A stretch of DNA of 53,237 nucleotides, taken from positions 1 through 53,237 of the forward strand of contig CALGTB010000335.1 in assembly GCA_937902285.1 (NCBI GenBank). The letters are read 5' to 3'. This document shows positions 35,329 to 45,001 of this stretch, piece after piece. How positions within the stretch are numbered: position 1 is the first letter of the stretch; the number at the start of each line of letters is the position of its first letter. This DNA is from an uncultured Actinomycetes bacterium. Lineage in GTDB: Bacteria > Actinomycetota > Actinomycetes > S36-B12. The translations under genes were made by a program, and so were the position numbers. The notes under the pieces are model-generated. The model was not told the DNA's origin. It saw nothing but the letters and a program-made list of their open reading frames with translations, and did no database searches.

Positions 35329-36588
35329 CTACTTGGCCGTCATTCGCACGGGGAAGCGCTTGACGCCGTTCACGAAGTTGCTGCGTACCCGCTCGATCTC
35401 GCCCGTCTGCTCGATCGACGCGAGTCGGGGGAGCAGCTCCTCGAAGAGGATCCGGATCTCGAGCCGCGCCAGGTTCGCTCCGAGGCACGTGTGCGGGCCC
35501 TTGCCGAACGTCATGTGGTCATTGGGGAACCGGGTCAGGTCGAGCGCATAGGGGTTCTCGAACTTCCGCGGGTCGCGGTTGCCCGCGGCGAACCACGTGA
35601 CGACCTTGTCGCCCTCCTTGATCGTCTTGCCGCGCATCTCGACGTCCTTCGTCGCGGTGCGACGGAAGTGGTAGACGGGCGAGGCATAGCGGATGAGCTC
35701 CTCGACCATGGTCTGCGCCTTGTCCATGTTGTCGCGGAAGTACTGCAGCTGGTCGCGGTTGTCCATCAGGGCCTTCATGGACAGTGTCATGGCCTGGCGT
35801 GTGGTCTCATTGCCGGCCACGACCAGCAGCAGGAAGTAGTTGTCGAAGTCGGTGTCCGTGAGAGGGATGCCGTCCTCGGGCATGCGGTTGACGAGCTTGC
35901 TCACGAGGTCGTCGCCGTCACCACCGCGACGCTCCTTCGCGAGCTGGCGACCGTACTCGAAGACCTCGAGCGAGACCGGGTTGCGGAAGGGCAGGTGCTT
36001 GTACTGCTGTGCCTCCTCGCTGTCCACGAGCACCTTGGACAGTTCGGGGTCCGAGAAGCCCACGATCGTGTTGCCCCACTCGATGAGCGTCGGGGTCATC
36101 TCATCCGGCACGTCCAGCAGGCGGGCCAGGACATTGATCGGGAAGTCGGCAGCGACCGCCTCGACGAAGTCGACGTCCTCCTTCTCGAGGGCCACCTCGA
36201 TCGAGGTGCGGGCGAGGCCGCGCAGGAAGTCCTCGTAGCGCCGCAGCTGGGCGATGCTGAAGTCGCGGGCGAGCAGCTTGCGGAGTGACTGATGACGGTT
36301 GCCGTCGCTCTCCAGGATCGAGCGGCGCAGGTCCTGGAACTCCTCCGGAGGCTCCTCGAGGTTGGTGAACTTGGTCGACGTGAACGTGTCGGAATCCTTG
36401 TCGACCCGCTCGATGTCCTCGTAGTCCACCAATGACCAGAAGCCGTGCCCGTCGCTGTGCAGCTCGTCCTGCCAGTGCAGCGGGTCCTCGGCGCGGAGGG
36501 TCTCGAACATCCCCCACGCCTCGTTGTCGACGAAGTAGTCGAGGTTGGTGAGATCGACGTCCGACAGCGGTACCGGGGTGGGCTGCAT
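35329..36588 (-). CDS. Cytochrome P450 (no. 1)
   Basis: I-helix VAGNETT, EELIRY (ExxR), heme loop FGKGPHTCLGANLAR. Confidence 0.95.
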   Translation of the reverse strand: MQPTPVPLSDVDLTNLDYFVDNEAWGMFETLRAEDPLHWQDELHSDGHGFWSLVDYEDIERVDKDSDTFTSTKFTNLEEPPEEFQDLRRSILESDGNRHQSLRKLLARDFSIAQLRRYEDFLRGLARTSIEVALEKEDVDFVEAVAADFPINVLARLLDVPDEMTPTLIEWGNTIVGFSDPELSKVLVDSEEAQQYKHLPFRNPVSLEVFEYGRQLAKERRGGDGDDLVSKLVNRMPEDGIPLTDTDFDNYFLLLVVAGNETTRQAMTLSMKALMDNRDQLQYFRDNMDKAQTMVEELIRYASPVYHFRRTATKDVEMRGKTIKEGDKVVTWFAAGNRDPRKFENPYALDLTRFPNDHMTFGKGPHTCLGANLARLEIRILFEELLPRLASIEQTGEIERVRSNFVNGVKRFPVRMTAK

Positions 36589-36618
36589 CGAGGCTCCTGG
36601 AGGTCTGGGAGGGTGGAT

Positions 36619-36634
36619 CGTTCGGACCCGAACG
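36619..36634. promoter_or_regulatory. 16-bp palindromic operator candidate, site 2 of 4 (perfect 7-bp arms)
   Basis: CGTTCGGACCCGAACG, 31 nt upstream of the P450 no. 1 start. Confidence 0.55.
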
Positions 36635-36683
36635 GAAGGCTAGGGACCGGCGTGCGCCCGGTCAAGGGGAACGCCGGGTTCGG

Positions 36684-37391
36684 CTAGGGGGTGCCGGCGA
36701 CCTGGTCGATGAACGCATCGACGAGATCGTGGGCCCGCCGTGCGGCGTCCTCGCCCTCGGCGAGCGTGTGCTGGTAGAGGATGTCCGGGTCCTGGCCGTC
36801 GGCGATGGCCCCAGCCCGGCCGCCGTTCTCGAGCCATCCCTGCAGTCCGGCAGCGGTGAGCTCCGGGTGGAACTGCACGGCCAGGTTGCGTCGAAGGACG
36901 AAGGCCTGCGAGGCCACCGCGTTGCGCGCCACCTCCCGGGCGCCGGGAGGCACCTGCCAGCGGTCGTAGTGCCAGTGGAACCACGGCCCGGGCCCGACCA
37001 GCTGGGGCTCCTGGGTCCAGATCGAGGTCCAGCCGATCTCGGGCTTGGGGGCCCGGGCCACCGATCCGCCGTGGGCCCGGGCCAGCAGCTGGCCGCCGAA
37101 GCAGATGCCGAGCACGGGGACCCCGAGCTCGTCCGCCTCGCGGAGCCAGGCGATCTCCGGAAGGAGCCAGTTGCCGATCAGCTCGTCGTCCCAGGCCCCC
37201 CAGGGGGCCCCCATCACCACGAGGGCGTCGAACTCACGGGGATCGGGGAAGTCGAAGGGCTGGTTGGGCGACCGGAAGTTCTCGGGCGCCACGACGATCT
37301 CCTCGGCGATCGCGTAGCCACGATGGGCGAACCGCTCGGCGACCGGCCCCGGAGGGCTGACGTGGTCGTGCTGCAGGAACAGGGCGCGCAT
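36684..37391 (-). CDS. Class I glutamine amidotransferase-like protein (probable gamma-glutamyl-amide hydrolase)
   Basis: VLGICFGGQLLA (Cys nucleophile), AVQFHPE. Divergent from a GS-like gene. Confidence 0.85.
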   Translation of the reverse strand: MRALFLQHDHVSPPGPVAERFAHRGYAIAEEIVVAPENFRSPNQPFDFPDPREFDALVVMGAPWGAWDDELIGNWLLPEIAWLREADELGVPVLGICFGGQLLARAHGGSVARAPKPEIGWTSIWTQEPQLVGPGPWFHWHYDRWQVPPGAREVARNAVASQAFVLRRNLAVQFHPELTAAGLQGWLENGGRAGAIADGQDPDILYQHTLAEGEDAARRAHDLVDAFIDQVAGTP

Positions 37392-37464
37392 GCATCCCCC
37401 TCAGGGTCGGATCGGTGACGAAAGTACCCCGTGACGCTGGCGGACCGCCTAGTATCCACGAGAT

Positions 37465-37480
37465 CGTTGGGGTCCGAACG
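37465..37480. promoter_or_regulatory. 16-bp palindromic operator candidate, site 3 of 4
   Basis: CGTTGGGGTCCGAACG in the divergent GATase1 / GS-like intergenic region, 36 nt upstream of ATG 37516. Confidence 0.55.
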
Positions 37481-37515
37481 AAACAGTCGGACCGTTGACC
37501 TCACGAGGGAGAACC

Positions 37516-38867
37516 ATGCTGCACGACCTCGCCGAGACCCGTCGGCTCCTGGAGACGCAGGGCATCGATGTCGTCCGTCTGATCTTCACCGACCTGCTCG
37601 GCATGACCCGGTCGAAGGACCTGCTGGTGTCGCAGCTCGAGCGCTCGGCAGCCCACGGCCCGGCCTCTGCCAGGGCACGTGGGTGACGACCACGCGCGGA
37701 GGCGTTCTCGACGCGGGCACGGGCAGCTTCGGCGACGGCCTTCCCGACATGGTGGCCAACCTCGACACCGACACGATCCGCCCTATCCCGTGGCTCCCGG
37801 GCGTGGCCTACGCGATCGCGGACATCGACAACCCCGACGGCTCGCGCAGCGACGTGGCCCCGCGCGCGGTGCTGCGCAGCGTGCTCGACGAGTACGAGAA
37901 GGAGGGCCTGGTCCCCGTCTGCGGGCCGGAGCTGGAGTTCTACTTCGCCCAGCGCACCGAGGGCGGGTGGGAGCGGATCCTCAACAAGGCCGGTCGCGTC
38001 TACACGACCGGGTCCCAGGTGGACCCGGACGGTCACTACCTGCACCTGCTGCGCATGCTCGACCAGCTCAACATCGGGGCCTTCGCGGGGAACCACGAGT
38101 TCTGCCCCTCGCAGTACGAGATCAACCTGTGGCACAGCGAGGCGATGGACGCGGCCGACCGCACCTTCCTGTTCAAGACCGCCATCAAGGACGTCACCGC
38201 CAGCCGCGGGATCCTGGGCACGTTCCTCGGCAAGCCGTGGAACGACGAAGGGGGCAGCGGCTTCCACCTCCACTTCTCGGTGACTGACGGCGACGGCGTC
38301 AACCGCATGCACGACGGTGGCGGCGAGCTGTCTGAGACGGCGCTGCAGATGATCGCGGGGGTCATCGACCATGCGGATGCGATCGCCGCGTTCACCAATC
38401 CCACCGTCAACGCCTACAAGCGCCTCGGCCCCGACACGCTCGCGCCGTACCGCTCCAACTGGGGCTACGACAACAGGTCGACGATGATCCGCATCCCCCC
38501 GGAGCGCGGGCAGGGCACGCGCCTGGAGCTGCGGATCGGCGACGGCTCGGCGAACCCGTACGTCATCATCGCCGTGGTCCTTGCGGCGGCCCTCGACGGT
38601 ATTCGCCGCGGCCTCACGCCGCCGGCTGCGGCTGAGGGGTGGGCGTACGAGGACGAGGAGCGGCCCGTCCTGCCGATGAGCCTCAAGGCGGCCCTCGACG
38701 CGCTTGCTGCGGACGCCGGGCTGCGCGACCTGCTCACGGGCGACTTCATCGACGTGTTCACGGTCATGAAGCGCGACGAGGTGGAGCGGTACGAGGCCGA
38801 GGTCGACGATCCGGACACCCGCGACGTGACGGCGTGGGAGCTCGAGGAGTACATCGAGGACTACTAG
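37516..38867 (+). pseudogene. Glutamine-synthetase-family (gamma-glutamyl-amine synthetase-like) gene interrupted by an apparent 1-nt deletion
   Basis: GS N-terminal beta-grasp (MLHDLAETRRLLETQGIDVVRLIFTDLLGMTRSKDL...AAHGPA) is in frame 1 and stops at 37686. The rest (..CQGTWVTTTRGG...PELEFYF...GSGFHLHFS...RIPPE) is in frame 0. The switch point is about 37663-37668. Confidence 0.7.
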
Positions 38868-38898
38868 TCGCCGATGCCGAGTTCCGGGTGCCGATTCA

Positions 38899-40071
38899 CT
38901 ACCAGGTGACCCGAAGCTCCGTCGGCGCCCGGAACTCCCACCCGCGGAACGACACCTCGTGTCGTGGGTCCAGGGCGAGGCCCGGCAGTGCCTCGACCAG
39001 CAGGCGCAACGCAATCGCCTCCTGGCCCCGCGCGAAGGCGTGCCCCGCGCAGAAGTGCGGCCCGTAGCCGAAGGCGGCGTTCGGCCTCCGTACGCGTCGG
39101 ATGTCGAAGCGGTCAGGGTCCTCGAACACGGCGTCGTCGCGGCACGCGCTGGCCACGACCGCTCCGACAGGGCTGCCATCGGGGATCGTCGTGCCCGCCA
39201 CGTCGATGTCCCCGGTGGCCTGGCGCGTCTGGGTGCCGATCGGCGCGACCCAGCGCAGGCCCTCGTGCACGGCGTCGTCCCAGCGCGTCGGCTCCGACCG
39301 GACCAGGTCGAGCTGCTCGGCGTCGGCCAGCAGTCCGGCCAGGCAGGAGCCGGCCGCATGACCGGGCTCCTGCATCCCGCCCAGGATGATCACCTTCAGA
39401 GACGGCATGACTTCCTCGATGGTGCGCATTCGCCCGACGGTCAGCATCGACGCGATCGTCGAGCCGTCGGGGCTCCCCTGAAGACTCTCCATGAGCGGAC
39501 GCAGCTCGGCGTCGATGCGCGCAGCGGTGGCGTCGCTGATGCGCTGCCGCCCGGGGTCGCCTTCGAAGTTGATGGCGCCCATGGCCAGACCGTGGAACCA
39601 GTCCTGCAGCGTCTCGGCCGGAACGTGGCCGAGGCCGAGGACGGCGCCCAGGCTCAGCACCGAGATCGGCTCGAAGTAGGAGGCCATGAGCTCGGCGCGG
39701 TTCCCAGGGCTCTCGAGGACGGCAGCGAGCGCGGCCTCGGCGATCGGAGTGACGAGCTCATCGATGTAGGACGCCACGACGCGCGGCTTGTACGTCGCGT
39801 CCAGGCTGCGGCGCAGGTCGAGGTGCCTCTCGCCGTCGACCGTCAGGATGGTGGGCCCTCCGAAGGACCTGTCGAGCGGCGAGCCGTCCACGTGCGCCGA
39901 GAAGAGGTCGGGGCGGGTGGTCACGAACTCGACGTCGGCCGCGCGCGTGACCAGCCACAGGCCCACTGCGGGCACCCAGGCGACCGGTGACTCGGCGCGC
40001 AGCCGTGCGTAGACGGGGTACGGGTCGCGCTCGAGGTCGTCGACGGTGATCGACTCGGCGAAGGAGGTCAT
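38899..40071 (-). CDS. Cytochrome P450 (no. 2)
   Basis: HEGLRW (ExxR), heme loop FGYGPHFCAGHAFAR. Atypical I-helix ILGGMQEPGH. Its start overlaps the stop of the LLM gene (ATGA). Confidence 0.9.
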   Translation of the reverse strand: MTSFAESITVDDLERDPYPVYARLRAESPVAWVPAVGLWLVTRAADVEFVTTRPDLFSAHVDGSPLDRSFGGPTILTVDGERHLDLRRSLDATYKPRVVASYIDELVTPIAEAALAAVLESPGNRAELMASYFEPISVLSLGAVLGLGHVPAETLQDWFHGLAMGAINFEGDPGRQRISDATAARIDAELRPLMESLQGSPDGSTIASMLTVGRMRTIEEVMPSLKVIILGGMQEPGHAAGSCLAGLLADAEQLDLVRSEPTRWDDAVHEGLRWVAPIGTQTRQATGDIDVAGTTIPDGSPVGAVVASACRDDAVFEDPDRFDIRRVRRPNAAFGYGPHFCAGHAFARGQEAIALRLLVEALPGLALDPRHEVSFRGWEFRAPTELRVTW

Positions 40072-41018
40072 GACGTCATCGCCGACACCCGCACGATCAC
40101 CTCGTGGCAGAAGGCCGCGTGGTCCTCCCTGCGGTCGATGAAGATCGACGGCTTCACGACGAAGGTGGTGAAGCCGAGGGCCTGCTGGCGCGGGATCTCC
40201 TCCAAGGCCGTGGCCAGGGAGGCCACGGCATCGTCGGCGGGGAACTCGACCCGGGTGCCGCCGACGAGCTCGAGGCCGTCCAGCGAGCCTCCGGCTGCGG
40301 ACAGCGAGGCCGACAGCGCCGCGACATCCTCCGCCGACGTCCGCCCCAGAGGGTGGTACCCGCTGCCGTAGCGGACGAGTCGATCGACCAGCGCCGGGTG
40401 CACGCCCTCGCCGCCGAACCACATCGCAGGACCCTCGGGCCTGGTCGGCTTCGGCTCGATGTACACGTCGGAGAAGCGGAAGAACTCCCCCTCGAACGAG
40501 GCGGGCGATGCCGCCCACACCTGCTCCCAGATCCGCAGGTGCTCGTCGAGGATCCGTCCACGCTTCTCCCACGGAACCCCCAGGGCGTCGTACTCGTCGC
40601 GATGCCAGCTGACGGTGGGCTGGATGACGAGGCGCCCCTCGCTCAGCAGGTCGAGGGCCGCGAGGTCGTGCGCGAGCACGAGCGGGTGCCGGAGGGGGGC
40701 GATCAGGGCGATCGCTCCGAGCCGGATGCGCGAGGTGGCGGCGGCGATGGCGCTGAGCAGGACGATGTTGGACGGCCAGGCCGTGAACGGGTCCTGGTTC
40801 CCCGGCATGGCGTAGTCACGCGGATTCGCCATGCGCCCCTGGCTGCCGGCCGATCCCCCGAGCAGCACGTGGTCGCTGACCATGACCATGTCGAAGCCTG
40901 CGTCCTCGGCCTCCTGGGCCATGCGCACGATGCCGCGAAGGTCGCGCGGGTCGGTCATCGTCCAGTTCTCGGTGAGGACGCACACCATCCGCGGGGTCGC
41001 GGTCGGTCGTGTGGTCAT
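40068..41018 (-). CDS. Luciferase-like (LLM class) flavin/F420-dependent oxidoreductase
   Basis: AEDAGFDMVMVSDHVLL..., TSRIRLGAIALIAPLRHPL. ATG 41018 follows ggagaagg. Confidence 0.8.
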   Translation of the reverse strand: MTTRPTATPRMVCVLTENWTMTDPRDLRGIVRMAQEAEDAGFDMVMVSDHVLLGGSAGSQGRMANPRDYAMPGNQDPFTAWPSNIVLLSAIAAATSRIRLGAIALIAPLRHPLVLAHDLAALDLLSEGRLVIQPTVSWHRDEYDALGVPWEKRGRILDEHLRIWEQVWAASPASFEGEFFRFSDVYIEPKPTRPEGPAMWFGGEGVHPALVDRLVRYGSGYHPLGRTSAEDVAALSASLSAAGGSLDGLELVGGTRVEFPADDAVASLATALEEIPRQQALGFTTFVVKPSIFIDRREDHAAFCHEVIVRVSAMTS

Positions 41019-41120
41019 GCCTTCTCCTCTCCGTCGGCGTGGGTCACACCTTGCCATCACTTTGCGGACACTTCCGGAAAGTGCTTGACCCCGCGCGTGG
41101 ATTGCGTCACCCAGTGCCAT

Positions 41121-41136
41121 CGTTCGGCCCCGCACG
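41121..41136. promoter_or_regulatory. 16-bp palindromic operator candidate, site 4 of 4
   Basis: CGTTCGGCCCCGCACG, 30 nt upstream of the APC permease ATG, in the region divergent to the LLM/P450 operon. Confidence 0.45.
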
Positions 41137-41165
41137 ATTCCTGTCCGCACGCCCGTGGAGGCAGC

Positions 41166-42737
41166 ATGTCCCAGAGGGAGAATCTCCCCGAGTCCGATCA
41201 GAAGCTCGGTGCACCTGATCCCGAGACCCCCAACACGACGCTGAGGCGGGGCACGCTGGGCCTGCTCGGCATCATCTTCTTCGTCGTCGCGGCCTCGGCG
41301 CCCCTGGCCGGCATGACCGGCGCGTTCCCGGTTGCCGTCGGCATCGGCAACGGCGCGGGCGCGGCGGGCATGTACGTGGCCGTCGGCATCGTCCTGCTCT
41401 TCTTCAGCGTCGGGTACGCGACGATGAGCCACTACGTCACCAACACGGGCGCGTTCTTCGCGTACGTCGGTCGCGGCCTGGGCATCGTCCCCGGCGTGGG
41501 CTCGGCGGCCGTCTCGGTGCTCGCCTACCTGGCTGTCCAGTGGGCGGTCATCGGCTTCATCGCCTTCCAGATGAAGCTCCAGTTCGAGGCGAAGTTCAGC
41601 ATCGTCCTGGAGTGGTGGGTCTACGCACTGGTCATCATCGTCATCGTCTACGTGCTGTCCGCGCTGTCGGTCGACATCGGGGCGAAGTTCCTCGGAGTGC
41701 TGCTCACCATCGAGCTCGTCGCCCTGATCATCGTGGGCGCGTCGGCCATCATCGACGGCGGGCCGGAAGGCCCCGACTTTGCGGCCTCGTTCAGCCCGAG
41801 CGCCGTCATGGCGGGCGGGCTCACGGGTGGAGCCGGCGTGGCCTTCGCCTTCGCGCTCGCGTCGTTCATCGGGTTCGAGGCCACCGCCATCTACGGCGAG
41901 GAGTCCAAGGACCCGAAGAAGACGGTTCCCCGCGCGACCTACATCTCCGTCATCCTCATCACGGTCATCTTCGCGTTCGTGGGATTCGGCATGGTCTCGG
42001 GTCTCGGTGCCACCGACATCCAGAACAAGGTGTTCGAGGTGACGGCCGTCGACGGTGTCCCGCTCGCCGACCCGTCGGGCATGCTCTTCGGGCTCACGAC
42101 CCAGTTCGTCGGCTCGTGGCTCACCGAGTTGTTCGGCTGGATCGTCCTGACGTCGCTGTTCGCCGCCACGCTGGCCTTCCAGAACAGCGCGGCCCGCTAC
42201 CTGTTCTCGATGGGCCGGGCCGGCGTGCTGCCGAAGCGCCTCGACCGCACCAACAAGCAGCAGGCCCCGATGGCGGCCACCACCGTCGTGACCGTGCTCG
42301 CCGTCCTCATGGTGATCGTCGCCATCATCTTCAAGTGGGACCCGATCCTGAATGTCTTCTACTGGTTCTCGTCCGTGTCGGTGATCGCGATCGTGCTCAC
42401 GGAGATCCTCGTGAGCATCTCGGTGATCGTCTACTTCCGGCGCACCAAGGAGGACACGAGAGCCTGGAACACGATCATCGCCCCTGTGCTGGCGATCATC
42501 GGCCTGGCCCTCGGCGAGTTCATGCTGATGAGCCGGTTCAACCTGCTCGCCGGCGTCGCCCAGGATCCCGCCATGTGCCCCGGCGAGTCGGGCTCGGGCT
42601 GCGGGCCGTTCGAGATGACAGCCCTCGGATGGTTCCTCGTCCTGCTGCCGTTCATCATCTTCGTCGTGGGGCTGGTGCTCGGTGCCGTGCGTCGCGACAA
42701 GGAGAACTACGACGCGGTGCACAACTTCGTCAGCTGA
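41166..42737 (+). CDS. APC-superfamily amino acid/amine permease
   Basis: About 12 TM helices; FIGFEATAIYGEESKDPKKTVPRA is typical of APC transporters. Confidence 0.9.
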   Translation: MSQRENLPESDQKLGAPDPETPNTTLRRGTLGLLGIIFFVVAASAPLAGMTGAFPVAVGIGNGAGAAGMYVAVGIVLLFFSVGYATMSHYVTNTGAFFAYVGRGLGIVPGVGSAAVSVLAYLAVQWAVIGFIAFQMKLQFEAKFSIVLEWWVYALVIIVIVYVLSALSVDIGAKFLGVLLTIELVALIIVGASAIIDGGPEGPDFAASFSPSAVMAGGLTGGAGVAFAFALASFIGFEATAIYGEESKDPKKTVPRATYISVILITVIFAFVGFGMVSGLGATDIQNKVFEVTAVDGVPLADPSGMLFGLTTQFVGSWLTELFGWIVLTSLFAATLAFQNSAARYLFSMGRAGVLPKRLDRTNKQQAPMAATTVVTVLAVLMVIVAIIFKWDPILNVFYWFSSVSVIAIVLTEILVSISVIVYFRRTKEDTRAWNTIIAPVLAIIGLALGEFMLMSRFNLLAGVAQDPAMCPGESGSGCGPFEMTALGWFLVLLPFIIFVVGLVLGAVRRDKENYDAVHNFVS

Positions 42738-42753
42738 GCGACCGATTGACCGT

Positions 42754-42789
42754 CACTGGCCGCGCCTCCGACAGGGGGCGCGGCCAGTG
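42754..42789. terminator. Bidirectional stem-loop between convergent permease and P450 no. 3
   Basis: cactggccgcgcc - 10-nt loop - ggcgcggccagtg (perfect 13-bp stem). Confidence 0.7.
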
Positions 42790-42791
42790 GT

Positions 42792-44030
42792 CTATCGGGT
42801 GGTGACCTGGGCGGGGAACGCGGCGATGCCGTTCACGAAGTTGGAGTTCGTGCGAACGATCGGCCCGGCCTGGTCGACGCGGATGCCCTGCTTCACCATC
42901 TCCTCGAGGAGGACCCGGATCTCCATGCGGGCGAGGGGGGCGCCGAGGCAGTGGTGCGGACCCTTGGCCCCGAAGGAGACCTGAGGGGGCTTGACGGGCC
43001 TCGTGATGTCGAAGCGCAGAGGGTCGTGGAACTCGTCCTCGTCGAAGTTCGCGGAGGCGTACCAGATGACCACCTTGTCGTCCTCACGGATCGGCACTCC
43101 CGACAGCTCTGTGTCGCGCGTGGCCGTGCGGCGCATGTGCAGCACCGGCGTGGCCCAGCGGATGATCTCCTCGACCGCGTTCTCCACCAGTTCCGGGCGT
43201 CGATGCAGGAGGTCGAGCTGGTCGGGATTCTCGGCGAACGCCTGGAGGCCGTTGCTGATTGCGGTGCGCGTGGTCTCGTTGCCGGCGAAGACGAGGACGT
43301 GGAACATGTTCTTGAAGTCGTAGTCCGACAGGGCCTCGCCCTCGTAGCGCGCCTCGACCAGGGCCGTCGTGAGGTCGTCCTGGGGGTTCCTCGTGCGCTC
43401 TTCACGCATCCGGCGTCCGTATTCGAAGAGCGCGTGCGACGCCGGTGCGCTGAAGGGAAGGAGCTCCAGCGGTGTCGTGTTGCCGTAGGCGTCCGCGGGC
43501 ACGCCGCTGGAGTCGATGAGCTCATCGGACCACTGCACCAGCATCGCGGCGTCATCTTCGGGGACGCCGAGGATGTTGATGATGACCCGGATCGGCAGGG
43601 GAGCGCTGATCGCCTGTACGACGTCGACCGCGCCCTCCTCCGCGGCGTCGCGGAGGAGCTGCGCCGCGATGTCGCGCGTGACCTCCTCGTACGACCGGAC
43701 CCGGTGGCTCGTGAAGGCAGGGATGCCGAGCTTGCGCAGCCGGACGTGGTCAGGAGCATCGGTGTCGATGATCGACCGACGGGCGTTCATCTGCTCCTCG
43801 GTCAGATCGGGGAGGTTGGTCATCCCACGGGCGTTCGAGTACGTCTGGGGGTCGCGGGTCACCGTGACGAGGTCGCGGTAGCGGGTCACGGCCCAGAACG
43901 GGCGCCCTCCGTACATCCTCGAGGCGATGGGCTCCTCGCGCCGCATGCGTGCGAACACCTCGTGGGGGATGCCGTGAGCGAAGGTCGCGGGATCGGTGAT
44001 GTCGATGTCGGCGTCGGCCGTGGTGCTCAT
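42792..44030 (-). CDS. Cytochrome P450 (no. 3; paralogue of no. 1)
   Basis: FAGNETT, EEIIRW, FGAKGPHHCLGAPLAR. C-terminal SNFVNGI..FP resembles P450 no. 1. Confidence 0.95.
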   Translation of the reverse strand: MSTTADADIDITDPATFAHGIPHEVFARMRREEPIASRMYGGRPFWAVTRYRDLVTVTRDPQTYSNARGMTNLPDLTEEQMNARRSIIDTDAPDHVRLRKLGIPAFTSHRVRSYEEVTRDIAAQLLRDAAEEGAVDVVQAISAPLPIRVIINILGVPEDDAAMLVQWSDELIDSSGVPADAYGNTTPLELLPFSAPASHALFEYGRRMREERTRNPQDDLTTALVEARYEGEALSDYDFKNMFHVLVFAGNETTRTAISNGLQAFAENPDQLDLLHRRPELVENAVEEIIRWATPVLHMRRTATRDTELSGVPIREDDKVVIWYASANFDEDEFHDPLRFDITRPVKPPQVSFGAKGPHHCLGAPLARMEIRVLLEEMVKQGIRVDQAGPIVRTNSNFVNGIAAFPAQVTTR

Positions 44031-45001
44031 GCGTGACCTCCCGGAGTGATGACGAAGCGCCCGGACACCTCTCCTCGGTGGAGGCGCTCATGGGCCGTGG
44101 CGACGTCGTCGAGCCCGACGACCTCGATCGGCGAGTGGAGTGGGTGCTGCTGGGCGAGGGCGACCATCTCGTGCATCTGCGCGAGCGATCCCCACACGGA
44201 CGTGAGGAAGTGGGCCTCGTGGGGAACGGCTCCGAAGCCGAACGGGATGCTGCCGCCGTAGAGCCCCACGACGACGACCATGCCCTGTCGCGCGACGTGA
44301 TCGCGCGCGGTGGCGAGGGTCGCCTCGGCTCCCACGAAGTCGATGACGGCCGTGAAGGTGCCCTCGACCTCTCCCGGTGCAGCGACCGCGTGCGCTCCGA
44401 GGCTGAGAGCGAGGGCCCGCTTCTCGGCGGACGCATCGACCACCGTGACCTCGGCATCGGACCGGATGCGCAGCCACTGGAGGCCGAACTGCCCGAGCCC
44501 GCCGGCGCCGACGACGAGCGCCCGGGGGCGACGGGAGGCGGCGAGGACCGGCAGCGTGTGGTCGACCGCCCGGTAGGCCGTCAGCCCGCCGCAGGCCAAG
44601 GGCGCGGCATGCGCCGGGTCGAGGTCGCCGAGGGGGACGAGGTACTCCTCGCTGGGAACGGCGATCCGCTCGGCGTACCCGCCGTCGCGGAACAGCCCGG
44701 CCTCGGTGGCATCCGGGCAGATCATCTCCTGCGCCGATCCGCACGCCCAGCAGTCCGGCTTCCGGCAGCCCCAGCAGGCGTACACCAGCACCGGGCCTAG
44801 TCGTGGGTGCAGGGCGGCGACCTCGTGGCCGAGCACGACGGGCAGCGCGGTGGGGTAGTCGCCCGCGGCGGCATGGAGGTCCGAGTGGCAGATCCCGCAG
44901 GCGAGGACGTCGACGACCGCGCCTCCCGCCGGCGCCACGGGCTCGGGGATGTCCTGGACGGTGAGGGGGGCACCGGGGGCGGTGAGGACGACGGCGCGCA
45001 T
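44027..45001 (-). CDS. Zinc-type (MDR) alcohol dehydrogenase
   Basis: CGICHSDLH, GHE, structural-zinc Cys cluster CWGCRKPDCWAC, VVGAGGLG. Its stop overlaps the P450 no. 3 start (ATGA). Confidence 0.9.
   Translation of the reverse strand: MRAVVLTAPGAPLTVQDIPEPVAPAGGAVVDVLACGICHSDLHAAAGDYPTALPVVLGHEVAALHPRLGPVLVYACWGCRKPDCWACGSAQEMICPDATEAGLFRDGGYAERIAVPSEEYLVPLGDLDPAHAAPLACGGLTAYRAVDHTLPVLAASRRPRALVVGAGGLGQFGLQWLRIRSDAEVTVVDASAEKRALALSLGAHAVAAPGEVEGTFTAVIDFVGAEATLATARDHVARQGMVVVVGLYGGSIPFGFGAVPHEAHFLTSVWGSLAQMHEMVALAQQHPLHSPIEVVGLDDVATAHERLHRGEVSGRFVITPGGHA

Noticed and set aside
34315-36288. 657-aa plus-strand ORF
   Set aside because: It runs antisense to the PDR reductase and P450 no. 1, both of which carry unambiguous cofactor motifs. 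It has no motifs of its own.
37650-37690. Programmed ribosomal frameshift in the GS-like gene
   Set aside because: There is no slippery heptamer or downstream structure at the switch point. A simple 1-nt deletion (or a base-calling error) in gcc-t[t]c-tgc explains it.
40068-42722. 884-aa minus-strand ORF
   Set aside because: Only the C-terminal 316 aa (LLM oxidoreductase, start 41018 with RBS) are credible. The upstream part is antisense to the APC permease gene.
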